Of a stretch of 64,000 nucleotides of DNA, positions 9,819 to 23,039 are shown piece after piece. The stretch lies in the NCBI GenBank assembly GCA_964187785.1, contig OZ076410.1, forward strand, positions 30,008,001 to 30,072,000. Direction: 5' to 3'. The translations under genes and the position numbers were made by a program. The first letter of the stretch is position 1. Each line of letters begins with the position of its first letter. Origin of the DNA: Amphiscolops sp. MND2022 (taxonomy: Eukaryota). Below the pieces are notes generated by a model. The model was not told where the DNA came from. It saw only the letters and a list, made by a program, of their open reading frames with translations, and searched no databases.

Positions 9819-11449
9819 ATATTTGACAACTGAAAATGATAACTGAATGACAGCTGATCTCACAAATAGGGCAACCTTATTCAATTCTTTCTGGAAGTTC
9901 TCAAGGTTACAACTTTTTTCGTTCAGGGAAAATGCAAGTTAGTTTCTCCAAACTATTTTGTTCACTCGACAAACTAAATCAACAGGACAAAACAGAAATA
10001 ATCAACTCTGCTACTATACCTTGCTAAATTTAGTATCAACACTGGTGCGACAATCCCAAACGACGCTTATATCAAACTGCCCAGTTTTTGTCAAGTTCAG
10101 ACGCTAAACAGGGTAGCATGGCATGGAGGGAGGAGTAGGGTTTTTCGTCATTTGGGAGGTTGGTTCAGTTGGCACCTGAGCCAAATCAAACGAACCTGAT
10201 TCGAACGTTAGGACTCAATCCCTTTCTGATCGAAGGTGTCTGAAAAAAATTGACTAAACTCCAACTACGCAACTCCATTTGTTTGCAGAGCAACAGCTAT
10301 TCTATTGAGACGACCTGCCTTCAGGTTTTCGTTGTGATTTATCTCGGAAACCCAAGGTTCTCACCAAATACCTTGTGGAATCAATTAGGATTTTCAAAGA
10401 AAGCGGTTGTTTTGCAGGAATTTTGTGAACGTGGTTGGGCCTGCGTTCTTTTTGCCAGTTTCAAACCTCATTGAAAAGCACTGTGGTTTGAAAACAATGC
10501 TGCCCTGTGTGACATTTGATAGGCATGTTAGATTAGGAACGCTTGAATACTTAAAAAGATTTTAAAATGTCCTTCAGTTTTGGACTCTTGAACGATAGAA
10601 AAGCTTGATAATTGTTACGTGGTTATTATTGTTTTCACAGAATAAATTTCTATTCTCTTCCCATTTTGGACGTTTTAATTTTACAATTGTTCGATGCTTA
10701 TTACTAAGCTACTACGCTTCATCACTCTTTCGACATAAAAACTGTCAGGAGTGATAGAATTAAGTTGAACCCCAGACTTGAGAAGTCAAACTTCAGCTCC
10801 ATATTTCATAAGATTGATTTGAGTTTTCACGTTACCTACGAAATAGCAATGAAAACGGGACTTTCATTGTTTGTGACAACCGATTTGAAGCGATATGCTG
10901 ATAAATTCTAACAAATAATTCTTTTCTCTGTTCACAAAAAGACGAAGTTGAACGCTTTGTAAGAAACTATGGATCGCACTGGCTACTTTTTGCAACAAAT
11001 TCAACCTGTTCTAATGGTCACAAAACGTCTTCATCTGAAACGCAATATTAAAAAGTTTAATATTCAATTGAAAACTTTTTGATAGATCCCAATTGTATGA
11101 TCAACTAGTTTTGGATTACAAGGTGAACCAGCCCAAAAAATGTGTCGAGAACATTTTGAAGTGCACGTTTTGCGAAGAACCTAGAAACTATCATCTCAAC
11201 TAAATCGTCGCGGAAGCCTGAAAGTCGAAACTAGAAACTTAAATTGTTCAGGGTATGCGGACAATCAGGACCTTAAATTGGTGTCTTTAATACAAAATCG
11301 ATAATACGTTATTACGGCGGATATTCACGTATGCAATACTTTTATATAGCAATATTTATATCTCACAGATAACAGCACTTCAAGACAAGCAGGTTTTATT
11401 GCTTGTATAGAATCTCAGCAACAATTGTGCAAAGAATACTTTCAGTTTT

Positions 11450-12100
11450 AAACCATTTAACCTTCAAACGTCATAAAGGAGGTTATCACTCTCATATCCG
11501 GGCATCTGGTAGAGATCGGGATTTCTGAAATTCATGTTCTAAATAGCACTCAGTGTGTTTTGGAATTATTCTACAGCATCCGACGAGCAAGTCTTACTGT
11601 TTCAGGGCGCAAAAAAAATGTTTAAGTTAGAGCTAAAGCATTTTTACATTCGAAAATGGCCAATTCCGGTTCAATGGGTCTTTGGACGAAATGTAATGGA
11701 CTAATTGATGTGCTGCGTAAATCTTTTTGGATTCTCGGTGAAGGACGGCACATTGAAGTGCACCAAGCGTTTAATGAAATATGCTTTTTGCATCAAAACT
11801 GCACCAAAAGTGTCTGTTTTGCATTGAAAAAGTTACTTTTCGACCTTTTCCGGTCCGAGGATGTCATTTCCGGTGCAACTTCCGGTCACTTCCGGTAGCG
11901 TATAGTAAATGTATTTAAAAAGTATTAGCGTACCACGATGCTCCGGGAATTCAAAATTGGTCAAATGTTCACATGTCACTTTTGCAACACAGAAAAAGGA
12001 GGCGTGACCCGTATTTCCGGTGAAAGGGTGATAGGTGGAGGCTCAAATGATACTGTTCCTAAAAGGACTTTGTCTAAACCTACTTTTAATCAGAATCTGT
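11450..12100 (-). repeat. ~650-bp interspersed repeat rich in CCGGAAGT/ACCGGAA motifs
   Basis: The reverse complement aligns by eye with 51355-51990, 56995-57630 and ~62700-63330 (e.g. AAAAGTAGGTTTAGACAAAGTCCT, CCGGAGCATCGTG, GTGACCGGAA.TTGCACC). Confidence 0.65.
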
Positions 12101-12889
12101 TCGCACGCTCAGCCCACTCCTTCACATCGGAAATGGGCTCTGATTTCATCCATAAAAGTCGAAAACTGCGACCGGAAACAATAAAATGGGCATTTCCGGT
12201 GTGGGGGCTGATGTGAGCAAAACATGAGAAACATCATCAGCAAGGTACTTAGACCGCCTACAAATCCATACCTCACACCCATATCACTAGCACCAACTGA
12301 ACGAGAGCTATTAGCTTGTCAAGCAAAAAAATACGCAGAAAAAAAGTATTTTTGGCACTATTTGACAAACAAGTGCAACAAAAAAATCAAAATTCAGAAG
12401 AACAGTTTTCACCCATCCTAATCTTTTGTGAATCCCCACTTGTATGCAAAAAAACTAGAAAATTTGGTAGTGCAGGTTTCGAGAATCTGCACAATTCCCC
12501 ATTATTCTCTCTCTCTCTCTAAATGTTTATATATAAAAAAACCGTCCGACCGTAAAGGGGCCCTCCCCACGGCCGGAGAAAATGACCACAACAGTGTTGT
12601 CCACCCAGAACAGGAATACCGTTGTTCACAAGCGATTGCTTCGTGAGTCTTGCAGTGTGAGGTGGGGCATTAGATCCAGTTAGACTTTTTCTGTCTGTCA
12701 GGCCGCTCAATACGTCGCTTCAGGATTCCTCTAAGTGTTGACTCGGAAATCGATTCGAGTTTATCGTGTTGATGCCACACAGCTCCCAGTTGCACGCGAC
12801 CCCACTGGGGATTCAAGTTATTTATGTAATGACTATTTTCTCACATAAGGACTACAAGGGATTGAACAAGGAAATTTAGAAAACTTGTT

Positions 12890-15135
12890 GGCCCTTACCG
12901 AGACTCAATGAAATACGTTTTTCTCCAGTTTTGACCTAACATCTGGATACTTTCAAATAGCTCTCAAAGAAAGAAGTCAGAACCTAACAGCTTTTATAAC
13001 TCCTATGGGCCTTTACAAATGGAAATGAATGCCCATGGGGCTAGTATCAGCACCAGGAGATTTCGAAATCTTGATGGAACTAGTGTTCAGCGGAATTTCG
13101 TATGATGTAGCTCTGTATCAAAAGTCAACGCAATTTCTCAGCTACGAAGAGAGAACTCGCAGTTGTTCATTTCACACGTCATTTCTAAACATACATATTG
13201 GGAGGAAGTTTCAGATTGTAACAGATCACAAAGCGTCCGAATGGTTATAGAGCTTCAAAAACACTGACTGTATGATCGCTACATGGATCTAGAAATTAAA
13301 ACATATCGTTTTTGAAAAACAACACAAAGCCGATTGTCTATCTAGAGTGTTAGCAGAGAATGAGAATGTAGTAGCTCTAATAGCAGCGTTAACTGCAGGA
13401 GTGCCGCTAGAACCTGAGAAAAGAAATGTTTGGACACTATTGCAAGATACAGACCGCGGAAGTATTTTTAAAAACCAACAAGAGGACCTACAACCTTGCA
13501 CAAGTTCTGGATTGGATTGATAAAAATCAAATCGACGCAGTATGACGGGGGCCTCAAAAGTATTTGGACAAGTCCGGGTTGAATATAAAAACCTCAGAAT
13601 CTCCGCTGATCTATTATAACGTTTCAAAACACTGGAGACGACAGGAAATCACAGATATCAACTCATTGTTGGTGAAAACCAAGTCTCAAATATCTCACCG
13701 TTGCTCCATGAGTCACCATGTACGGGACAGTTCGGTAAAGAAAAAATTTTTAGATTTTTCTGGCCTTGAATGAAGCGAGATGTCAAAGAAGAGATCGACA
13801 GCTGTGATCATTATCTTAGAAGAAAATGGACTCCTCAGAATTATAGACACAGTTTACAAACTTGGAAACCTAGTCACACATTCTGGCAGGTGTCCTTGGA
13901 TGTCATGGGGCATCTGCCGGAGTCCAACGTAAAGAAATACTTCCTACTCATTGGAGATCAATTCCCAAAATGATACGAAGCAGTGCCCAGGCAAAACCAA
14001 GAAGCAAAAACCGTGGAACATGACCCAGTTGAAAACTGAATTTAAAATTTTGGTTGTCCAGTAAACCTTCACAGTGGCAAAGGAACATTTTTCATGTTAG
14101 ATTTTTTCAACGAAATATGCAATATTTCAGGCATCGAAAGGACATCACCTGCTTCTTTTCATCGGGAAGGAGATGCAATGACAGAAAAAACAAACAGAAC
14201 CATCAAGGAGAGCCTTCCCAGTATATCAGCAACCATCAAAATGATTGGAATTGTTGTTTAAAGCTAGTAATGATGGCCTACAGTTCATCAGTTCACGCAA
14301 AAACTGAATACAGCCCGACCTATCCAGGTTTTGAAACCCCTCTGAGGCTACCGATCAATTGTATGTACGAGACTTGTCTTACGGAACAATTCCCTACGCC
14401 AAGTGACTACGTATTCAATCTGAGAAAGGAGATCCAGAAATCGTATCGTCTTTTGATATCAGAGATGGTTGTTGAACAGACTTGAGAGAAGGCCAATTAT
14501 GATTATCCAGCGGATGGACCAGCTTACAGCGTCATACGTGTATTTGTCCCGACAGTGAAGGAGGGTGAAACAAATAAAATCACTTTTTTTCTAAAGGGGA
14601 CCAATCACCATTTTAGAAATATTCAATGATTTCCATTTTCGAGTAAAACACGATGAAACAAAGAAGGACATACAAGTTCATTGCGATCGCATGAAGAAAT
14701 ATCCAATCAAAGAAAAATTCCTCTGTAAAACAATGGTAACAGAAAACGAGGTAGTCTCCGAACAAACTGGAACATCGGATGAGAAGGATAACAATTTAGA
14801 GTGGAAATAAAAATCCAAAACCTGACTGAGCCTGTGAATATACAACAAGTACAACCCGGAACCAGCGATGTTGAAAAAACTTTCAACACGAGGTACTGGA
14901 CAGTCAACTATATCCGAGCCAGTATAAACTATTGAAACACGACCAGCCTGCGAAAAAGCGAACGAAAATAGCCAAAGCGTGGAAACAATTGAAAAAGCCA
15001 GAGGCCACGTCCCTGCCAAGTAAACTAAGCGGTCGCATACGCTCAGTTCCAAAAGTTTATGATGCAAACTTTGTATACAATGACAGTGACCCGCATTTCG
15101 ATGACGTTGACGTGTTTGCTTTAGGGAAATTATGA
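12890..15135 (+). pseudogene. pol: Decayed Ty3/Gypsy pol (RT, RNase H, integrase)
   Basis: Across frames: PLPR, FSSFDLTSGYFQI, TAFITPMGLYKW*MPMGL, KFQIVTDHK, WQVSLDVMGHLPES..KKYFLLIGDQF; many stops and frameshifts. Confidence 0.85.
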
Positions 15136-17000
15136 TGTTCAAAGAAAACCGGGAAACTACATGGTACCCGAAGATTGAAAGTGTTTTCGTCTGTCTGCTA
15201 ATCATGGTATTTGGGTGAACAGATTGCGGAGAGGAGCTCGAAACACACGGTTATGATTTTGAACAAATCGTGTCAACCACAATACATTCGCTTACCGTAG
15301 ACACTAACTGTTCCCTGGACGAGACGAAACCGCAGCTAGTGAAACGTCGTGCAGTGCTTTTCAACAAGAACTGGGCCTAACAAAAAATGAAGACTTCTAG
15401 TTTTCAGGCATCATACAACGTGTCGTACAAAAAGTTGTGCATGACGATGCTTTTTATCGCCACAAAAAATCAGAAATATTTCTACTTTTCAATTGTTGCC
15501 AATAGACAACTGCCGTCTGATTTGCAATGAAAAACTGTTTACTTGTCGGTTTTCAGCAAGAAAACGTTTCGTCTCATTAAAAGGGTTAGGAATGGTGAAA
15601 AATTCGATTTCTGAAAAATTTATAACTTTTAACTACCCGAAAGTTTGCATGAAAGCTAGTGTAAAAGGGATAGGGTACACCACAGCAGTAGAGTAGACCA
15701 CACTGCTGAGAGAAAGGATAGAAGAACGAATGATGATAAACGGACGCCTAACTTTTGGTTACGTCATCACAGAGAAACACCAGAAAAGATGGAATGTTTT
15801 TGATTCGCTGGATCCATTAGGATATCAACAAGCAAGGAAAAATTTAACGAATGATTTTGAACAAGTCTTTGTGGACTATTCATTGGACGGAACATCAAAT
15901 TGTGAATGACTGACAGTAGTTACAATTTCCGAATCCGTTTGAAGTTCACATAATAAATGGCCTAAACCAAAATATGTTGATGGGTTTTCTTTGGAGCTAT
16001 CCAACTCAGCTACTTTGATATGTAACAAAACTGTTCATCCAACGTCATTAGAAAGTGTTTTTGTTACATTCGAGGTTACAGAGTTCCCAACTAAAAATAA
16101 TGGAGAAATAAACAACGAAATGTTTGAACAAAGCAAATTGAAATTCCTCTACGCTCGCAATTTGAACGAAACATCAGAAAATTGGGAACAATTTGAATTT
16201 CAACAGTGTCAAATAGACAGAATGTAAAGGATGTTGAAGTCAAACCTAACTTATAGTAAAGACAGAATGGTTCCAGGAAGAGAGATGAAAAAAGACTTAT
16301 TGAACGTGCGGGATACGTTCTATACGTACACAGAAGTGCAAAGAAGGAAGTAACAATTGAAGCCAAAACATCCTGTACCGAGGAAGTACCAGTGGGACCT
16401 GGACATTAAAATGAGACAGTGATCAGATATATGAAGCCTAATTCAAGAGTTTTATTTACAGTAATTACACTGTAACAGAGTGTAACCCAGTCTATCCAAA
16501 TCTTGTGGAAGCTAACAAGGGAATGTGGATAACATATACAACCAAAATTGAGCATGCCACAGCGGTGCCGCGTAGTTGCGGCAAAAGTGCAACGCCAGGA
16601 TTTAAACCACATGAGTTTGTTGGACTTATGGGGAACGGATTGTTCACATTGGAGGACTTGAAGCTAAGCAATTAAGCGCGAGCCTTGAAACATAGTCGAA
16701 CAACTGTTACAGGTCAGGAAGTCTATCGGGGATCAGAAGGGAATTACGTTCAGGAGAAATTTGTCATCTCAACTTTAAAGATTGCCGGCTGAGTTTCAGC
16801 TGGTGCTTCGTAAAATGTTTCCAAACAGTGAAAAAAGAGACAATACGGTGCTAGCGGATGGCCAGAAAGATAGCGCTTACGTTGCTCACACTAATGTTGA
16901 ACGGTAATCTGCTTCTGTTATTGGGATGTTTTTCGTGGTAGGATTTTAAAAAAAAGTTAGGAACTACACGGGTTGCTAATTAGCAGCACAACCCTTTTCA
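15133..17000 (+). pseudogene. Decayed env-like glycoprotein ORF downstream of the Gypsy pol
   Basis: N-terminal hydrophobic VFVCLLIMVFG, NCS/NKT/NET/NYT sequons, basic KRR site, segment RAGYVLYV...SCTEEVPV...YMKPNSR..YSNYTVTECNPVYP...W...GLFTLEDL (16300-16660), and a hydrophobic stretch near 16870-16950. Confidence 0.55.
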
Positions 17001-20000
17001 TGACTAAAACCATTTTCTGAGGGATGTGAAACTACTACGAGACACAAAAAATTGGAATAAAGGTTGCATAACTGGAGAATCGGAACACCAGCTCGACAAA
17101 GATTATCTTCAAAAAATTATACAATTCCAATTAAAAAAAATGTTTGAGAAATGGAAGACAATCATGTGAACCAGTACGTTTACTACTTGCCTGAATTATA
17201 ATAAATTAAATCAGAAGTAGCACCAGGCCTGTATAGAACACAAGCATGCATATCAGAAGGTCGAAAGGTTGCTACATTAGACACGCTGAGTTCGGCAAAT
17301 AACAAAAACAGAGCTCAATATCAGTTCTCCAACTTGTCGGGCTTCGACAAGAAATTGAAGTCATCAGCGCTGAAAAGAGCACCCTTAAAGAACAGCTATA
17401 AACTGAAGCAAGTACAGCTAATCGTGGAGAAGATGAATCTCGACAATTAGTTCAGCAACTGGAACTCGATGTGAAGACGCAACATAACATAAGTAGACAA
17501 ATAAATGAGGAGTTGAAAAACTGATCCGAGATTTGAATCAAAAAAATATGCACCACTTTACGAAATTTTGTTGGTAAGCGAGACGACGGACGAAGGAACC
17601 AATTACAAAAATTACAAGACATTGGCCACAACAACACATCCGAACGTATGGGGATATGACAAAAAGTTCAAATCATTTTTCAAGGCATGTTCGATTTTTT
17701 TGTGTAAACAGAGACCCTTGTGATATATTCTGATTTGAAAGAGCAGAAAAACAGCTATCTGGGAGAAACAATTGGACCGAATAAAACGAAGCTCAACGGA
17801 TAACTGAAAGTCGTTTATATATACTTAAAGTGAGGAGAGGTTCAGGTGTGTTCACTTGGAAGGAAAAACCACGAACGGGTTTCGTTCGAAAAGGAAAGTG
17901 TGTTCACGTGAAAGAGTGTCTTTTACAGACGGGTTCCGTTAGACAAAAGAAGTGCAGTCACGTCAAAGTATCTCTAACGAACGGCTATCGTTCTGGAAAA
18001 ACGTGGGTTTCACAAAAAATATTTCATTCAATCGAAAGATATACAGTGACGCCCTCACGGGAATGGCCGTCAACTTTGATTTGGATGCCAACCGTTAGAG
18101 ACCAGGTTTATTATGTAACCGAGTTCTTGCATTCGAGGTGGCAAGTTCAGGGTTGTGGGTTGCTAAACGAAGATGAGCTTCTGTCAGTAGAATTAGTTGA
18201 TGATTCTGGGCTGTTGAATTGAAAACTCAAGAAACTTCAACAGAATGTTGCGATCCATCTGTCGAATAAAGAAAACTTTTTTCACCTCTCTGCAAGCAAC
18301 TCGAACAGCGGAACAAGCGATTTGCAGATCTAAAACCTCTGTGAAATTTGCTTAGAGAGTGTGAAGAGAGACACAAGAAGTCAGTTAAAGATCTTCCGCG
18401 TCGAAATGGAAAGTTGTTTCTGCAGATAGACTGCCTACAAGATGACTATGAGCGTGCCATTGAGGAGCTTGAAGAGGAAATGCAGCAGCATCAGCTGCTT
18501 AACGCCAAACTTGCCGGCTGCGATTCAATGGGGCACCACTATACCCTTTATCAAATGTTGTTGGTCCCCCAGAAGCTTTGGCGGAACTGATAACCACCCA
18601 TTTTCGAAAATTGAGTGTGCCAAGTACCCAGACAAAGGCAGAGACGTGGAGATGCTTAAACGGCTCCAGCAATCGCAGAGAATACTCGAACGTCCAAATG
18701 CTCGAGGAATTTACGATGAAGACAGAATAGAGGCAGCAGACGCTCTTCTTTGCCAACATGTACACTGACTAAAGTTTTAGTTCAATGTTCTGTGTACTCA
18801 ACTTCTCTCAGGGAAGAGAAAAATCTAGGAAAACGTTAAAAGACTTTTCGGAAAAATTAAATACGACTAAACGTCAAACGTTCAGACTGATTTACGATGA
18901 GAAATAAAACAAAATTATCAGAGATATCAAAACATGTGTTGTCAGGGTTCGAGAACTTCAGTTTTTATCAGACATATCAAAACAAGTGTTGTCGGTGTTA
19001 GACAACTTTACTTTAACCGACTGTCAGGGTTCGACAGTAAGATATCTGGAATAAACAGCAACCGTCGAACCTTGACGGAAAAGGGAATAAAACCTAAATA
19101 ATTTCCATCTTAACAGCGGGACTCCCCAGTAGTGTGACTGATAAGGGGTAAAAAAGGAGCTGGGAGAAAGTTTTTTGTCCTACTTGAATTAGCTAAACCA
19201 TAATCCTCTGTAAAAAATCAAACGCAAGTTCTCTGAAAAACTCCAGTTTATTCTTGCCGCAACATTCTTCTAATCATCTCCGGAGCCAAAACCTCTCTCG
19301 CCAACCAAGGTTGAGATACTACACATTGAACACACGTGCAGTTTATATCAGAAATCATGAGAAGCATACGAACAACAATTAGGCTAACTTGAATAACACA
19401 ACGACATTATAAACCACTAATAATAACTACATACATATATTATATTCATAGCACTCCTTCCCGCTTCGTAAGTCTCTAGTTGGTTGCCAACACCAAGTCG
19501 CCCAGTATGATGGAAGTTTTCTGTTCCTTGTCAAGCATAGGGATTGCAATAAAGCGCTTTACAAACCATTGTTATTGAATTTTCGTGATTTACTCGTAAT
19601 TCCTGTTTGGTTCAAATAAATCTCAAACAGTTTAAATCGTAATTGAATCAACAGAAATGAAGAATTAATTAGAAAAAAGTGATAAATCCGACACTTGAAT
19701 AAAGTACAAGTTTTTCTTTAGGGAAATTTTTCTGTTATGACAGTCGGTCATGTAGACCTTGTCGATGGATCTTGCGTATTCTGCCAAACGAAAAAAGTCT
19801 TTCTGGATCCACAATCGTCGGTTTCAATTTTGTCAAAGTATAAACAAGATCCTGAGCAGCTGCTGGTCGTGTTCGTGGAACAAAAACTGAAATTGTCATC
19901 GGCTTTGCAGGCGTGACTGATAACGGAGCGTATACAAAATCGTGGGCTGCGACTGGTTGTCGTGGCACTGGTTAATGGTATATTGTCTTGATCCCTGCGT

Positions 20001-20675
20001 CTTTTGGTCATTTCTGCCGCATCAAGGTTTGAGCGTACAAAATCAAATAACCTGCCTTCTTTGTCAAACTCCAAAACGAGAACATCGTCTAATGGTCTCT
20101 TTTTTTCACCCAGGAAGCAATCACAACAATGTTGTACTCACTGTCGAGTTCTTTGCCTAAACTGCTGTAGTTTATACGCGATAATGAAAAAACTTGGCGA
20201 AGTGTCGGACTTTACAACCTAATAACTGGAATTTTGTCAAGGTATACCAGCTTTGAAACTTCTCTCAATCTATGCTTTGACTGAGCATTTGTTGAAGGAA
20301 ATATTGCTTCCACTAACAGCTGTTCACTCAATTGTGAGGCTTTCAGTGTATAATTTTTCACTAAGATTGGTAAGATTTGTCGTTCCGTCATTTGAACATT
20401 TGATACTCTTTCGTCCAAACGTACAATGGACATTTTTATATTGTGCCAAAAAGTTCTTTCCTACTTCTTCGTTCTTTCAAGTGTCCATTCTCTTCCATTC
20501 AATCTTAGGCAGACGAAGGACATGAATTTCCTGCTCGATTTCTCCTGCTATTTCCTCACGAGAATCTGACATTGTTTCTGAAATATTCGTAATAATCGCT
20601 ATCCTAGCACTAATCATAGGTAATCGTTAGATAACCGAACTGTAAATAAAACGCAAAAAATCGTAATTTCATGAG

Positions 20676-21030
20676 TTATTCGCAATCGTAACTGCGATCC
20701 CTGGCCAAGCGTCGCAAGGTGGAAGCAGGAGAGTCCGGCCTGACCTGAGATTCCTTTACTGGTTCCACAGATTCAGGTGGCTCACAATGGGTTCCATCAT
20801 CTGGGTCTACGCAGGTCTCTTCGTTTTTGTACAGACCGCCTGGTTGCGAGATCGTTCGTTTGTTGTCAGCAGCTTGTCGCATTTGAAACAAAAAAAGCGG
20901 TCATCGAGACTCTCCTCGGTTACGGTATTGACAAGTCTTCGAATCGACGAGGGCGCTGATGGTAGGACAAACTCCCAGCCAGACTGAACGGCCGTGCACA
21001 CAATTCCGTTGAAGCGCTCGTTTTGGCCAT
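20676..21030 (-). pseudogene. Probable C-terminal tail of a Gypsy integrase
   Basis: Pro/Glu-rich low-complexity tail ending in TLRRLARDRSYDCE*; same strand as, and downstream of, the Gypsy RT remnant at 21520. Confidence 0.35.
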
Positions 21031-21058
21031 TGCGTTGAGGGATTTAGGACGTTTCGAA

Positions 21059-21470
21059 ATGTCTTTGTCGTAGAAACGTCCTCCAAAAACTGAAAACCAA
21101 AACGAAGGACGTGGATAAGGAAAAACGTCTATGGAATAACGCCTAAAAGAGAAAGAACCTCTTGAAGCGTATAGAATGCTTTCAATACTTTTCCCTACCG
21201 TTTTTGGGGTCTTATACGGTGTATCCACGATCGCCCTCACCGTCGCAAAGACCAGCTTCTACTAAGATTGCTTCGCAATCTCCGTTTCCACTAGCTCTTT
21301 GCTCATGTTTGACCTCGCTTAGCAAGAGGGGAAGTTAGGCGGCCCTAAGGGCCGCGGAGCACGGGAGGAAACTTATGCATATCCGAGGCACGTTTTAATG
21401 TAGCAAAGGTATCAATGAAGAGGTATCTTTGTTTTTAGTTTTTTAGAGGACGTTTCGGCAACAAAGACGC
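21059..21470. mobile_element. MITE-like element with ~45-bp inverted ends enclosing a copy of the hairpin repeat
   Basis: GTCTTTGTCGTAGAAACGTCCTCCAAAAACTGAAAAC on the left is the approximate reverse complement of GTTTTTAGTTTTTTAGAGGACGTTTCGGCAACAAAGAC on the right; duplicated at ~25390-25790. Confidence 0.5.
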
Positions 21471-21519
21471 AATTAATGGCATGCCCTTGCGATGGAGTAG
21501 ATTTGACAAAACGCAGACT

Positions 21520-22860
21520 CTAACTCAATTTTTGAAAAACAGTGTTTTCAGTTGCGTGATCCTGCAGGTCTTGAATCTTTGAGAAGGGAAACGCATCCTT
21601 GGACGTATGACGAATAATTGTTTGCGAATAGTCGATTAGCAACCGTGACTTGGGAACGTCCCTAATGACAATGGGTTGAGCCCGCCGGGTAGACGTGGAG
21701 CCTTGAGTTATGCCCTCACTGAGCAAACGGGTAACCTCGGACTCTCTGGAAGCGGAATCTTGCGGTTTGTAACGGCTCGAGTTTGCAGCGATCAGTTTCG
21801 CACTGTAAACTGAACTGGAGAGTATGATCGGAGGGGCAATCGAGCCCAGCACATATAACAGTCTCTGGTCGATCACTGCCTGACTCCAGTTTGACCGAGT
21901 GATGTTGTCGGAGAACCTCCAGCTCGGAAATAACATCCGCAACAATTTGTTTTGCGACGGTAATGGCAACTTGATAGGTTTTCCCATGACATTCACCTTG
22001 CCTCTCGCGCAGACCTCCGACTGTCTTTCGCAGCTGTTGAGGCGCTGATAAAAGAGCCCGTGGACCCGGTATCAACCATTGCTTGAACTTTTTCATTGCT
22101 TCCGGTAAATATTGGCAGGCGGCAGGATAGTACTACACAAAATAGCGGCAGTCGCGAGCTATTCATCAGATGCGTGGGTGCTGTTTTAGACCGCAGAACT
22201 AACAGCGCGAACGAGGCTTGTTCGAGACCTGTTGGGCAGCGGAGGGAGGTGCCAGGACAGTCAGGATGTCGCAAAGTTGTCTGGAAGAGCGGCTTGGCCG
22301 CAGCTACAACTGAAAATTTAGCACTTCGAAAAGCTTTCGAAAAGTCACTGGATAAGTCGATAGCACATGCAAGCGATATACAGCTATCGATATTGTCCTT
22401 GGAGTCTTCCAGCTCCAATAGACTTGCCCGAATGTAGTCGGACCTCAACCCCTATACTAGGGCGTCTCGTACTAGATAGTTTTCAAACTCTTGGATGGTG
22501 AATACGTGCATTTGCAGTCTTCAAAAAGTCATTTCAGCCTTCCAGAAAACTGTACGATGGATTCGCCGTCCTGCTGACTGGTACTGTACAATTGATTTGA
22601 TGACGGGCCAAGAGCACTTTCGTGGGCTTCAGAAACTGCCTGTCCAACGCTCTCAGAGCGTCTGCAAACGTTGCAGAACTTTCGAGGAGATTGAAACAGT
22701 CACAGACGACAAATGTACGAAAAAAAACTCATTATTCAGCATCTTCGAATGTGCCATTGATACGTAAACCCTCCTCGGAACAATTCTTTTACCCTTTCCA
22801 TTTGTCGGGATGTCGGGAGGAGGATTTGATGACAATTTGGGTGGTTAGAACTTCATGAGA
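21520..22860 (-). pseudogene. Decayed Ty3/Gypsy gag-protease-RT (5' part)
   Basis: Protease AMVDTGSTGSFIS; RT N-terminus EVTRLLSEGI..STSTRRAQPIVI..RLLIDYSQTIIRHTSKDAFPFSKIQDL; degenerate knuckle C*FCGLKQHPR. Confidence 0.85.
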
Positions 22861-23039
22861 GACAGAAGAAGGATTACAGTGCTTAGACAATTGCTAAGAG
22901 GAACTTATGCGCTAAGATGGATCAAGAAGAACTGCTTACTTTAGTAGCATAATAGACGATAGCTACGAGAACTTAAGAAATTACAGTAGTAGCCTAAACA
23001 GTGAAGTCAGTTACCTGCCGACAGCCTACGTGACTTAGC

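Noticed and set aside
17400-18770. Coiled-coil ORF fragments as a host gene or gag
   Set aside because: Multiple stops and frameshifts and no diagnostic motif; left unassigned.
19133-19628. Solo or 3' LTR (TGT...ACA with TATA and AATAAA)
   Set aside because: No TSD, PPT or partner LTR could be identified.
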